A stretch of 64,000 bases of DNA from Candidatus Hydrogenedentota bacterium (GTDB taxonomy: Bacteria > Hydrogenedentota > Hydrogenedentia > Hydrogenedentales > SLHB01), in contig CAXXYE010000004.1 in the NCBI GenBank assembly GCA_963674865.2, positions 448,001 to 512,000 on the forward strand, in the 5' to 3' direction. A program made the translations under genes and the position numbers. The notes under the pieces were generated by a model. That model made no database searches and had not been told where the DNA came from. It worked only from the letters and a program-made list of their open reading frames with translations. Below are positions 39,298 through 52,355 of the stretch, in pieces (the first letter of the stretch is position 1; each line of letters opens with the position of its first letter).

Positions 39298-42200
39298 ATG
39301 CAGTTTGATTTCGTGAAGTTGTATGAATGGATGCTCAGTGCGCGCGAGGTGGACCGGCTAGAGCTTCAACTCGTCAACCGCGGCGAAGCCTTCTTCCATG
39401 TGTCCGGGGCGGGACACGAGGGAAGCGCCGCCCTCGCGCCGCACCTTGTCGAGGCGGATTGGCTGCATTGCCATTACCGCGACAAGGCATTGATGATCGC
39501 CCGGGGCATTTCGCCCGAAATGTTTCTGAATAGCGTTCTCTGCCGGGAGGCCTCCCATTCGCGGGGGCGTCAGATGAGCGCCCACATGAGCGACCCCGCG
39601 CTGAAGGTCCTCAGTATTGTCGGGCCCGTCGGCAACAGCGCGCTCCACGCAGTCGGCGTCGCGGCCCAGGTCAAGAACGCGCCCGAGAATCCCATCGTGC
39701 TCTGCTCGTTGGGCGACGGCACCACGCAGCAGGGGGAAGTGCTCGAAGCAATTGCGGAGGCGGTGCGAAACACGCTTCCCGTGCTGTTCTTGATTCACGA
39801 CAATCGCTTTGCCATCTCGACACAAACCGATGGACGAACCTTCTACTCGCTTCCTGGAGGTACTTCCGAGTCCTTCTATGGCATGGATGTCCGGCACATA
39901 GACGGCAGAGCCCCTATCGCATGCGTGGACGAATTTGGCGCGGTGGTAGCTGAGATGCGCGCGCAGCGAGGGCCTGCGATTATCGTGTTCGACGTCGACC
40001 GCCTGGCCTCCCATACGAACGCCGATGATCAGCGCGTCTATCGCAGCGACGAGGAAATTCGAACCGCGTGGGAGAGGGGAGACCCCTTGCGCATTGCACG
40101 GGAAGCGCTCCTTGAACAGGGCACGCCCGAAGAGGACGTCGCCCGGATCGAACAGGAGGTGCGGGAGTCAGTCGAGGCCGCATGTGAACAGGCACGCCGC
40201 GAACCTGAGCCAGCGCCGTGCACCACGGCCAAGAAAGCCCTCGCGCCTGAGTTGAGTAATCCGGCCCGTGAATACCGAGGCGATACCTCAGAGCCGCGCC
40301 TCACGATGCTAGAAAGCATCCGTGAAGTCTTGCGGAACCGGCTTGCGGAGGATGAATGCGTCGTCCTCTTCGGAGAGGATATTGAAGATCCCAAGGGGGA
40401 CGTCTTCGGTGCAACGCGCGGATTGACGGACGCCTTCCCTGGCCGGGTGCTTAATTCGCCCTTGACGGAGTCCACCATAGTAGGTGTCTCCGTGGGACGT
40501 GCGCTCGCTGGAGCGCGGCCCGTAGCCTTTCTTCAGTTCGCTGATTTCCTTCCCCTGGCCTACAATCAGATCGCGACGGAACTGGGCAGTATGTGGTGGC
40601 GGACGGATGGCGCCTGGGAAGCGCCGGTGATCGTCATGATCGCCTGTGGTGGCTATAAGCCCGGCCTGGGGCCATTCCATTCGCAGAGCCTCGAATCGAT
40701 AGCCTCGCATGTGCCTGGCGTGGACGTGTTCATGCCGTCAACGGCCGGTGATGCCGCCGGACTGCTCAACGCGGCCTTCGACTCAGGCCGGCCCACGCTG
40801 TTCTTCTATCCCAAGAACCTCCTGAACGATCGAGAGCAGACGACGTCGGCGGACGTGGGGGCGCAGCGCGTGGCCATTGGCAAAGCCCGGACGCTCCGGC
40901 GCGGAACCGACCTGACTTTTGTTGGCTGGGGCAATGCCATCGGCCTTTGCGTCCGCGCGGCCGATGAAATCGAATTCGCCGGATACACCTCCGATATCAT
41001 CGACCTGCGCTCGCTCTCTCCATGGGACGCCGACGCGGTAGTCGCCTCCGCGGAGAAGACGGGGCGGCTAATTGTCGTCCACGAAGACAACCACACGTGC
41101 GGCTTCGGGGCGGAGGTGCTCGCCACGGTGTCGGAGCGGGCAGTTCGCGCCGTCAAAACGCGGCGTGTGGCGCGGTTCGATACCTACGTGCCATGCCATT
41201 TCGGCAACCAGCTTGCCGTGCTGCCCTCGTTCCAGCGGGTGTTGGAGACGGCGGCGGAACTGCTCGATCTCGAAGTGGCCTGGGAGAATCCCGCCCCCGA
41301 GGAACCTGACCTCTTCACCGTCTTCGCGATCGGCTCCAGTCCCGCGGATGAGTCCGTAACCGTTACGGAATTGCTCACAAAGAGCGGCGCATCGGTTCAG
41401 GCAGGCGATCTTATCGCCAATGTCGAGGCGGACAAGGCCAGCGCAGAAGTCGCGGCGCCGGTTTCCGGTGTTGTGGCGGATATACTCGTGGAAGAGGGGG
41501 AAACAGTGAAGGTCGGCGTCCCCCTGCTTCGCATCCGCGTGGCCGAGGGCGAGATAGTCCGCAAGGCCATCACCCAGGAACAGCCGGGCACGCCCCTGCT
41601 CCGCAAGCGGAAGACACGCGCCGATAGGAAGCCTGCGGCCGCCGCCCACACCGTGAGAGTCCGCCAGAGCGAAGTGGGCCTGGCCTCGATGGGCGCCCGG
41701 CTCGGGTCGCACGTGGTTACCAGCGAGGAATTGGCGGAGCGCTTTCCCGATATGGACCTGGCCGGGCTGGTGCGCCGTACGGGCATCGAAAACCGGCACT
41801 GGCTGGGAGAAGGTGAAACGCCCCTGTCTCTTGCCGTCAACGCCGCGTCGCAGGCGCTCGAACGCGAGCAACTCGCCCTCGATGAAGTGGACCTCATTGT
41901 CTGCACCACCGGCACGCCAATGCGGATGACGCCGTCCATGTCGTGCCTGATACTCCACGAATTGAGTAAGTCCAACGGCGCGCACGAGGCCGAGGTCTAC
42001 GATATCAATGCAGCATGCTCCGGTTACCTCAACGCTTTGCAGTGCGCCTATGACTACTTGCAGTCCCGGCCGCGGGACAAAGTGCTGGTTGTCACGACAG
42101 AAGCGCTTTCGACGCGCCTGAATCCCGAAGATTTCGGCACCGCCATTCTCTTTGGCGACGCCGCGACGGCAACGATAGTGTACGGGGCGGCGCACATCGA

Positions 42201-42636
42201 CCGCGCCAAAGCGGTTTACTTCCGCCCGACGCTCTCCGGCAAGGGGGATGACGGCTCCGGACTGTCCGTTCCGCTATCGGGGCATAACGGCGAGTTCGTC
42301 CAGATGGACGGCGGCAAGATCTACTCCGTGGCCGTGCGGAAGATGGTGTCTATGCTGAAGCAGGCCTGCACCGAGGCCGAGGTCCCCGTCGAGAGTCTGG
42401 ACCTCGTTGTCCCGCACCAGGCCAATCAGCGCATTATCGACGCCATCCGTCAACGCCTGAAGGTGTCCTCCGACAAGGTGTACAGCAATATCCGCGATCT
42501 CGGCAACACTTCCTCCAGCACCATTCCTCTCTGCCTCAACGAGATCCTGCCCAAGGCCGATCCCGGGCGTTACATCGGCCTGTGCGCCTTCGGCGGAGGC
42601 TTCACCTACGGCGCAGGGGTGTTGAAAACGGTATAG
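39298..42636 (+). CDS. Fusion: 2-oxoacid dehydrogenase E1alpha-E1beta + lipoyl domain + FabH/KAS III
   Basis: ThDP motif GDG-x26-DN, SHTNAD, E1beta FGED..NSPLTE..QFADF..FHSQS, lipoyl VEADKA, FabH RTGIENR, AACSG, FGDAA, PHQAN, GNTSS, AFGGG. Confidence 0.92.
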   Translation: MQFDFVKLYEWMLSAREVDRLELQLVNRGEAFFHVSGAGHEGSAALAPHLVEADWLHCHYRDKALMIARGISPEMFLNSVLCREASHSRGRQMSAHMSDPALKVLSIVGPVGNSALHAVGVAAQVKNAPENPIVLCSLGDGTTQQGEVLEAIAEAVRNTLPVLFLIHDNRFAISTQTDGRTFYSLPGGTSESFYGMDVRHIDGRAPIACVDEFGAVVAEMRAQRGPAIIVFDVDRLASHTNADDQRVYRSDEEIRTAWERGDPLRIAREALLEQGTPEEDVARIEQEVRESVEAACEQARREPEPAPCTTAKKALAPELSNPAREYRGDTSEPRLTMLESIREVLRNRLAEDECVVLFGEDIEDPKGDVFGATRGLTDAFPGRVLNSPLTESTIVGVSVGRALAGARPVAFLQFADFLPLAYNQIATELGSMWWRTDGAWEAPVIVMIACGGYKPGLGPFHSQSLESIASHVPGVDVFMPSTAGDAAGLLNAAFDSGRPTLFFYPKNLLNDREQTTSADVGAQRVAIGKARTLRRGTDLTFVGWGNAIGLCVRAADEIEFAGYTSDIIDLRSLSPWDADAVVASAEKTGRLIVVHEDNHTCGFGAEVLATVSERAVRAVKTRRVARFDTYVPCHFGNQLAVLPSFQRVLETAAELLDLEVAWENPAPEEPDLFTVFAIGSSPADESVTVTELLTKSGASVQAGDLIANVEADKASAEVAAPVSGVVADILVEEGETVKVGVPLLRIRVAEGEIVRKAITQEQPGTPLLRKRKTRADRKPAAAAHTVRVRQSEVGLASMGARLGSHVVTSEELAERFPDMDLAGLVRRTGIENRHWLGEGETPLSLAVNAASQALEREQLALDEVDLIVCTTGTPMRMTPSMSCLILHELSKSNGAHEAEVYDINAACSGYLNALQCAYDYLQSRPRDKVLVVTTEALSTRLNPEDFGTAILFGDAATATIVYGAAHIDRAKAVYFRPTLSGKGDDGSGLSVPLSGHNGEFVQMDGGKIYSVAVRKMVSMLKQACTEAEVPVESLDLVVPHQANQRIIDAIRQRLKVSSDKVYSNIRDLGNTSSSTIPLCLNEILPKADPGRYIGLCAFGGGFTYGAGVLKTV

Positions 42637-42768
42637 GTGATAGTCCGATCACCGTGTTTTCGTACTTCCTTTTGTACTCGTCAAGAGAAGCTATCCGTGT
42701 GTATGTCATAGACGGATGTCTATGTGTTTCGCCGAGAACGGCAGGAATGATGAGCGGGAGGACACATC

Positions 42769-43878
42769 GTGGGCACCGGTGAAACTCACTTCGAACTACC
42801 TCCCAAGATTGAGGAGTATCTTGCCGTACTGAGCAGGCTCTATGCGAGGACAAAGAACGCGCGTCTCCAAGAGATCATCGTCAATGGTGCGCCGACTATC
42901 CATGAGGAATGGACTTACGACAACTGGAATGGCGGCACATATGGGCACGCACTCACACTGACGATTCCGGAGGAGCTCTTTCTGGATGTCATCGAGGATA
43001 AGGGAGACTTCCAAGACCAAATCTGCAAAGATATCAATAGTATGAACAACGTACCGAACGAGCACATTGCCGGGATCTTCATTGAAATGGAGCCTCTGGA
43101 AAGTGACGACTGGCGAAAGAAGTCCGGCCTCTTGCGGCCGCAAACGGCTTACGTTTCGGTTCCTCCGAAGTCTTTGGCGCGCCTCTGGGACGTGGGACAA
43201 GTTCGTGTGTTCTTAAGCCACAAAGCCGAATACAAGAAGGGGACATCTCAGCTTAAGGATTGCCTCAAGAGATACGGAATCGCGTGCTTCGTGGCGCATG
43301 AAGACATCGAACCGACAGAAGAATGGCAAACTGAGATCGAGCATGCTCTTCATAGCATGGACGCCATGGTTGCACTCCTGACGCCGGATTTCCACGAAAG
43401 CAAATGGACTGATCAAGAGATTGGTTTTGCATTGGGGCGCGGATTGCCCGTTGTCGCTGTTTGTCTCGGGCAGGATCCCTACGGTTTTATCGGAAAGCTG
43501 CAGGGCCTTCAGGGATGCGACTGGCAGCAAGTCGAAGATATGGCAGCGGAGGCATACGCGTTGTTGTATAAACGTCTACCGGACAAGTCGCGGCTATTTG
43601 AGGCTGCGCTCGCAGCCTATGCCGGCTCCGACTCATGGGCCGATTCTGCCTGGAAGGTGGAAAACGTGCTTTCCACCTTCGAAACGTTGACACGAAGACA
43701 GGTGGAGGATGTAGTCCGCGCTTACAGAGATAATCCTCAGAATTTGAGCTCCTTCGATGGCATGGACGCATTGAAGCCCCTTCTCGAAAGATGGACGGGC
43801 GAGAGATGGGAGGTACGCAAGAACCAGCTCAAAAGGGTAAAGGATGCGGAGGTCCACACAGATGGACTTCCCTTTTGA
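42769..43878 (+). CDS. TIR-domain protein
   Basis: VFLSH, FVAHEDIEP..EW..EIE.AL, SKWTDQEIG (conserved Glu); extra N- and C-terminal regions. Confidence 0.85.
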   Translation: MGTGETHFELPPKIEEYLAVLSRLYARTKNARLQEIIVNGAPTIHEEWTYDNWNGGTYGHALTLTIPEELFLDVIEDKGDFQDQICKDINSMNNVPNEHIAGIFIEMEPLESDDWRKKSGLLRPQTAYVSVPPKSLARLWDVGQVRVFLSHKAEYKKGTSQLKDCLKRYGIACFVAHEDIEPTEEWQTEIEHALHSMDAMVALLTPDFHESKWTDQEIGFALGRGLPVVAVCLGQDPYGFIGKLQGLQGCDWQQVEDMAAEAYALLYKRLPDKSRLFEAALAAYAGSDSWADSAWKVENVLSTFETLTRRQVEDVVRAYRDNPQNLSSFDGMDALKPLLERWTGERWEVRKNQLKRVKDAEVHTDGLPF

Positions 43879-44036
43879 TAGCACGGCATAGCACAGTATG
43901 ACTTGAGGCTAAGATACCGCGATGATTAGGCCGTCGAGAGACGGCTCGGGGGCCTGAACAAGGGCCGCATGCTGTGGCCATGCCAAGAACAGGTAGGAGT
44001 CCTGTTGCGACTTCGTAAAGGAGGCCACATTTTCCG

Positions 44037-44921
44037 TTGAGCGACTCCAACTCGATTTGTCCAAACCACCCCTCGACGACTATCCGCCCCATGGCTCAAT
44101 CCGGCCTCGGCGCGGGGATGCGCTTGAGTTGTGCGGCGGGTTGGAATCAGACGGAAGGAGATTGGGCGCTTTTCCTGCGGAGTCGGCCTGAGGGGTGTTT
44201 CGTCGCCGAGCACGAGGGGCGGGTGGTCGGCACGGTGACAACCATCGACTACGGGGGCCGGGTGAGCTGGATTGCCATGGTGCTGGTTGATTCCGCGATG
44301 CGGCGGCGGGGGATTGGCCGGCGCTTGCTGCAAACCGCCATCGACTCGTTGGCGCATTGCGAAAGCATCAAGTTGGACGCAACGCCCGCAGGGAAGCGTC
44401 TGTACGATACGCTTGGATTCAAAGATGAATACCAGCTTTCGCGGATGGCTGTGGCCGCGATGCCTGAGGTAACGCCGGTGAACGCGCGTATTCGCGCGGC
44501 GGACGAAGCGGATCTGCCGGCGCTCAGGGCGCTTGATGCGGCAGCGTTCGGCGTCGAACGCCCGGAAGTCTTGGCTGGCCTCATGGCCATGGCGCCGGAA
44601 TACGCTGTCGTGAGCGAAGATCGCGGGGGAGGAGTCACCGGCTTTGCCCTGGGCCGGCACGGGCGGAACCGCGAGCAGATAGGCCCGGTGGTGGCGTGCG
44701 ACGAGACGACGGTGCAAGGATTGGCCGTAGCACTGTTCGCGAAGCTGCGGGGCGCGCCGGTGCTGATCGACGTGCCGCAGCGCCACACGGCCTGGCTCGC
44801 GTGGCTCCGCGGACTTGGATTTGCGCAAGAGCGAACCTTCGTGCGCATGTACCGCGGCCCAAACACCTATCCCGGCCTGCCCGAGCACATGTTCGCCGTC
44901 AGCGGGCCGGAACTGGGATAG
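44037..44921 (+). CDS. GNAT family N-acetyltransferase (two-domain)
   Basis: WIAMVLVD..RRRGIGRRL, LDATPAGKRLY..LGF, IGPVVA; start uncertain. Confidence 0.88.
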   Translation: MSDSNSICPNHPSTTIRPMAQSGLGAGMRLSCAAGWNQTEGDWALFLRSRPEGCFVAEHEGRVVGTVTTIDYGGRVSWIAMVLVDSAMRRRGIGRRLLQTAIDSLAHCESIKLDATPAGKRLYDTLGFKDEYQLSRMAVAAMPEVTPVNARIRAADEADLPALRALDAAAFGVERPEVLAGLMAMAPEYAVVSEDRGGGVTGFALGRHGRNREQIGPVVACDETTVQGLAVALFAKLRGAPVLIDVPQRHTAWLAWLRGLGFAQERTFVRMYRGPNTYPGLPEHMFAVSGPELG

Positions 44922-44956
44922 TGTTCTGAGGGCTTGTGAAAAAATGTGTGGTGTTT

Positions 44957-45013
44957 GGAAAAGGGGACACGTAGTCGCGCCGGGGACGGCGCTTGGAACA
45001 TGTCCCCTTTTCC
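44957..45013. repeat. REP-like palindrome, GGGAC/GTCCC family, copy 1
   Basis: Perfect 13-bp inverted repeat ggaaaaggggaca / tgtccccttttcc. Confidence 0.7.
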
Positions 45014-45086
45014 TCCGGCATTCCTTCACGGGCTCGGAGTCATAATTGACGCTGCTTATCTGCAGATGAAGAGACACCAGGAAGAA

Positions 45087-45148
45087 GCGAAAAACCGGGA
45101 CTGACACAAGCGGAGCGAAGCGACAACGTGGCTGTCCCTGCTTTTCGC
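45087..45148. repeat. REP-like palindrome, GGGAC/GTCCC family, copy 2
   Basis: gcgaaaaaccgggactgacac / gtggctgtccctgcttttcgc imperfect inverted repeat. Confidence 0.65.
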
Positions 45149-45270
45149 GGCCACGCTTGCAGTCCTGCCTCCCGAACTGCTATTCCATTGGGCGTCCGGT
45201 TTAGCCTGCCTGAAATAATCGCTAGGTTGTGCTTTGGAGTTGTCAATAGCCATCGTGCAGAGCTTCTTTC

Positions 45271-45337
45271 GCAAGAAGAGGGACAGACACGTCTCGTCCG
45301 CCTTTGGCGGACTCGCATGCGTCAGTCCCTTTCTTGC
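45271..45337. repeat. REP-like palindrome, GGGAC/GTCCC family, copy 3
   Basis: gcaagaagagggacagacac / gcgtcagtccctttcttgc with inner hairpin gtccgcc-ttt-ggcggac. Confidence 0.7.
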
Positions 45338-45363
45338 TACGCTTGTGCGTCCTTGTCTGATAA

Positions 45364-48648
<3,285 letters not shown>

Positions 48649-48665
48649 CCGGCTTCACATAGCCC

Positions 48666-50159
48666 TCAGGGCAAGATCTGGAACGCGTAGAGCTTTGCGT
48701 TGCTCAGGCCGAATCTGAGGCGGATAACCTTGTTCTTGAGCGGCGCGAGGTCGTGGCCATCCGCCCATTCCGCGTTCAGCCGGAGGTCGTCCACGTTTCT
48801 GTTGGAAATCGCGTCGTCCCCCGCATAGCCAGGGATGGGCTCGCCGCTCTCATCAAGGATCTCCATGGTGAACTCGCCTTGTGCGGCGTCCACGTTGGCC
48901 TCGACACGCGTGCCCTTCAGCACGAAGGGCTTTGTCAGGATCGTGCCCGGCTCCTCGCCCGCGGATAGGCTGACAAAGCCGTCCAATCGCAGCCGCGCAA
49001 GTCCGATGGCGCACTGCCAGCGCGTGCCTTCCGGCCGAAAGCGGTAGATATCATGCCGCTCGCGCGCCCCGGCGTAGTAGATCCAGTGCTCGTCATTCCA
49101 CGTGATGATATTCGGCGCCGGCTGGGCCCAGTCCTTGTCGAAACTCCCATCCGGCCCGCGAGGGATAAGCGGCTTCTCGGCGTATATCCACTGCGTATCC
49201 CACATCTCGTCGCCCCGGGCGGTGACGATGTAGTAATTCAGGATATCGCGCTCATGGCGCTTATCGAGATCATATAATCCCTCGCGCATATCGCCCGCCC
49301 ACTCATAGCACCAGAGCAGGCCGAAGAGGACGCCTTCATACGGCCAGCCGTTGAGGCTGTACACCTGACGCCGCTTGAACTCCCAGGGACCTTGGCGGTC
49401 GAAATGCCACTCGCGAACCATAGTCCAGGCCGTGGGATCGGCCTTCACATCCGGATTCGTCATGTCGCGCGTGCCGCGATTCTCGTCGAGCGAGCCGCCA
49501 AACCGTCCACGCCCATAGTCCGTGCGCGTGAAGAGCCGGTACACCTGAGCCGACTCGTCCCAGAGAAGCTGGTTTGAGGTGTCGGCGGCCCGCCCGGTGA
49601 CGGGAAGTCCCTCATTGTACGCCGTCCAATGAAAACCGTCCGGCGAGTGGGCTAGACAGGCCATGATCTTCTTCGGATGCCCATACGCCGACTTGTAGCG
49701 GTGTTCCGGATCGGTTTCGTGGCCGTCCAGAAAGCAGCCGAATCCCATCGGATCCGTGATGTTGTTATTCGTGTTCCCCTCGAACTCATAGAATCCGAGG
49801 GCGGGCTTATTCCAATGAATGCCGTCCTCCGACTCGGCATAGCCGAATAACTCGCCGCCCATCTGATACCACATGCGGAAGCGGTTTCCATCGCGGAACA
49901 CCGAGCCCATGCGAATGATATCGGCGTTTTCCCACGGCTTGTCCGCCACCAGGACAGGTTCGCCGCCGTTCGCCTTCGTCACCTGGCCGAGTTCGCGGGT
50001 GACATTGTCCATCTCGGCGACAACGTAGTCATCCACGAAGAGCTGCTTCTGATGGCCTACTTCGACACCTTGCGCACCGGCGCACACCGCTTGGATTACA
50101 AGCAAACAGACTACCGCAACAGGGACGTTTCCCCTCGTCCTTGGCCAATTACTGCTCAT
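48666..50159 (-). CDS. Secreted five-bladed beta-propeller glycoside hydrolase-like protein
   Basis: Signal-like N-terminus, QLFVDD, repeated SxDGxHW, IGLARLRLDGFVSL, KLYAF. Confidence 0.7.
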   Translation of the reverse strand: MSSNWPRTRGNVPVAVVCLLVIQAVCAGAQGVEVGHQKQLFVDDYVVAEMDNVTRELGQVTKANGGEPVLVADKPWENADIIRMGSVFRDGNRFRMWYQMGGELFGYAESEDGIHWNKPALGFYEFEGNTNNNITDPMGFGCFLDGHETDPEHRYKSAYGHPKKIMACLAHSPDGFHWTAYNEGLPVTGRAADTSNQLLWDESAQVYRLFTRTDYGRGRFGGSLDENRGTRDMTNPDVKADPTAWTMVREWHFDRQGPWEFKRRQVYSLNGWPYEGVLFGLLWCYEWAGDMREGLYDLDKRHERDILNYYIVTARGDEMWDTQWIYAEKPLIPRGPDGSFDKDWAQPAPNIITWNDEHWIYYAGARERHDIYRFRPEGTRWQCAIGLARLRLDGFVSLSAGEEPGTILTKPFVLKGTRVEANVDAAQGEFTMEILDESGEPIPGYAGDDAISNRNVDDLRLNAEWADGHDLAPLKNKVIRLRFGLSNAKLYAFQILP

Positions 50160-50179
50160 CAAGTTTCTCCCGACTACGT

Positions 50180-50752
50180 CTATTCCATTTCCTCGCGTGC
50201 TTTGATCAAGAGAGCCATCCATTTTCCCACGTAGTGGCCATGATCGTGCCATGTCCGGCCGCTAACGAGGTTGCCATCCACCACGCAGGGCTCATCGACG
50301 AAGATACCTCCACACACTTCCAGATCAAAACGGCACTTCGGCACCGTGGCCATGCGCCGGCCCTTGACGCATCCCGCGAACGCCGGGATCTCGACGCCGT
50401 GGCACACGCAGCCCACTGGTTTGCCCGCCTCGAAGAAGTGGCGCGTGATTCGCACCAGATCCTCATCGTAGCGCAGGTACTCCGGTGCGCGGCCCCCGCT
50501 GAAGAAAATGCCGATGTATTCCTCCGGCTCAACGTCCCGGAAAGCCACCTGAGCCTCGATGGTATAGCCTTCCCACTCCCGGGTGATCGTCCAGCCGGGC
50601 TTCACCTCATGAAGTACCATATTGTACCGCCCGGCCTCAGGGGCCGTCACCACGGGCTCGAAGCCGTCCTCCTTGAGTCGAAGATAGGGATACAGCGTGT
50701 CCACCGTTTCCGTCGCGTCGCCTACAACAATAAGCACCTTGTTCATATTCAC
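50180..50752 (-). CDS. DJ-1/PfpI family protein
   Basis: GGRAPEYLR, VCHG nucleophile, VDGNLVS. Confidence 0.9.
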   Translation of the reverse strand: MNMNKVLIVVGDATETVDTLYPYLRLKEDGFEPVVTAPEAGRYNMVLHEVKPGWTITREWEGYTIEAQVAFRDVEPEEYIGIFFSGGRAPEYLRYDEDLVRITRHFFEAGKPVGCVCHGVEIPAFAGCVKGRRMATVPKCRFDLEVCGGIFVDEPCVVDGNLVSGRTWHDHGHYVGKWMALLIKAREEME

Positions 50753-50787
50753 CCCTTTCCGCGCCCCGTTCTCCGTCCAATTCTTGC

Positions 50788-51783
50788 TCAGTCTAGTGGC
50801 AGCTCACAGGCCCGCAGAATGCATTCCTGAACCTCGAGATCGTGGGAGGGGGGATACTCAGACTCCTTCTCGCCGCGAATAACCCGGGCGAAGTCGATGA
50901 GCTGATCATCGTAGCGTCCCGTCATCGGGGGCAATCGGACTTCCTGGTATCCCGCTTTGTACTCTCCCTGCGCCTCGGCGAGGGCCATCGTCATCCGCGG
51001 CGCCTCAAGAGGCCGGATATCCACGGTGCCGCGATCCCCGCACACCACGAACTGCCGCCGCCGCGTGCCTTCCACCTCCATGAGCGCGCTCCGGATCGTC
51101 GCCGTAGCTTTAGGATAGTCGAACACGGCGAGGATATTGTCAGCCAGATCATCCTCCTCGGGGCGCGTGCGCCGGACATGGCCCGTGACGCGCTCCGGCG
51201 CTCCGAGAATGTGCACCAGCGGATCGGCCAGATGACATCCCAGTTCAAACATCGAGCCGCCGGGATACTCGGCCAGTTTCCGGCGCCAGTCCGGCCCCAC
51301 GCTCTTGCTCATCACGCCATGTACCTCGAACACGTCCCCCAACCACCCCTCGCGGACGGCCTTGAAGCAAAGCAGAAACGCCGCGTTGTTCCGAAACATA
51401 TATCCCATTTGAATCGTGAGTCCGCCGGCCGTTGCCGCATCGAGCAGGGCCTTGAACGCGCTCAGAGATTCCCCGGCGGGCTTGTCCAAGTGCACGTGCA
51501 TCCCGGCAGCCACACACCGCGCCGCCGTAGGCACCAGGTCGCGCACCTCCGTCTCGACGGCCACCGCCTGGAGTCCCTTCGTATTCAGAAGCTCCTCCTC
51601 CGTCATCCACGTCAGGCCCCGGTAGGCATCGTCCTCGGACATGGCCTTGCGCCGCGCCGTGTCCGGCTCGACAACACCCACGACTTCGAAGTCCTCGCTC
51701 AGCTTGCGAAACGTCTCCATCTTGCCCGCCGCATGCGCGTGCCCCGCGCCGACTTGGCCTACCTTCACTCTCGCACCGCCCAT
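50788..51783 (-). CDS. Gfo/Idh/MocA family oxidoreductase
   Basis: Rossmann VGAGHAHA, HVHLDKP, QMGYMFR, GGSMFELGCH. Confidence 0.9.
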   Translation of the reverse strand: MGGARVKVGQVGAGHAHAAGKMETFRKLSEDFEVVGVVEPDTARRKAMSEDDAYRGLTWMTEEELLNTKGLQAVAVETEVRDLVPTAARCVAAGMHVHLDKPAGESLSAFKALLDAATAGGLTIQMGYMFRNNAAFLLCFKAVREGWLGDVFEVHGVMSKSVGPDWRRKLAEYPGGSMFELGCHLADPLVHILGAPERVTGHVRRTRPEEDDLADNILAVFDYPKATATIRSALMEVEGTRRRQFVVCGDRGTVDIRPLEAPRMTMALAEAQGEYKAGYQEVRLPPMTGRYDDQLIDFARVIRGEKESEYPPSHDLEVQECILRACELPLD

Positions 51784-51981
51784 AAGACCCCTCCCAAAAC
51801 ATGATGAAGCTTGGCTCACGTCTTGTTTCGTTGACTTGCAGTCTGTCTCGCTCCCTCTGCCAATGCTCACAGAATACAACAAGTCGCCGCCCCTTTCGAG
51901 GCAAACCGTAGCGGATTTCTCCGGAATGGCGTAGAATCGCATTGGGGAAGGGGACAAAGATTCGGGAGAAGGGAGCCAACG

Positions 51982-52344
51982 ATGGGAAAAGAGCTGATGG
52001 GGGCGCTGGATGTCATGGCCTACGGATATTCCGTAACCGTGTTGATCAACGGCACTGATGTCCACATAACGGGGGGGAAGTCGCAGTCCGCACGGCTCTT
52101 CGGCGCCGACGATCTGATGGCCGGGGAGTTGCCCGACGACATGAAGTACCTGGCATGTCTGAAAGAGGCGGCGAACGAGATACAAGTGGACTACAAGAGG
52201 CTGCCGGATGAGGACTCTACCGGCCTCACCATCGAACTCAAGTCGGAGGAGCAATTCGCGACGGATGAATGCCTCTTCCGCTTCCGCGAGGAGCCTGACG
52301 CTGGTAAGGAATCGGGCAGCCTCACAGAGTCATTTCAACTCTAG
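51982..52344 (+). CDS. Hypothetical protein
   Basis: GGGAG RBS, acidic globular ORF between assigned genes. Confidence 0.65.
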   Translation: MGKELMGALDVMAYGYSVTVLINGTDVHITGGKSQSARLFGADDLMAGELPDDMKYLACLKEAANEIQVDYKRLPDEDSTGLTIELKSEEQFATDECLFRFREEPDAGKESGSLTESFQL

Positions 52345-52355
52345 CAGGCGTAAGC

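Noticed and set aside
42769..44921. TIR + GNAT as a two-gene defence or toxin-antitoxin system
   Set aside because: About 160-nt gap, different base composition, and the GNAT looks like a common two-domain acetyltransferase.
44957..45337. Three spaced palindromes as a CRISPR array
   Set aside because: Units are divergent, 57-67 nt long and irregularly spaced; better explained as REP-like elements.
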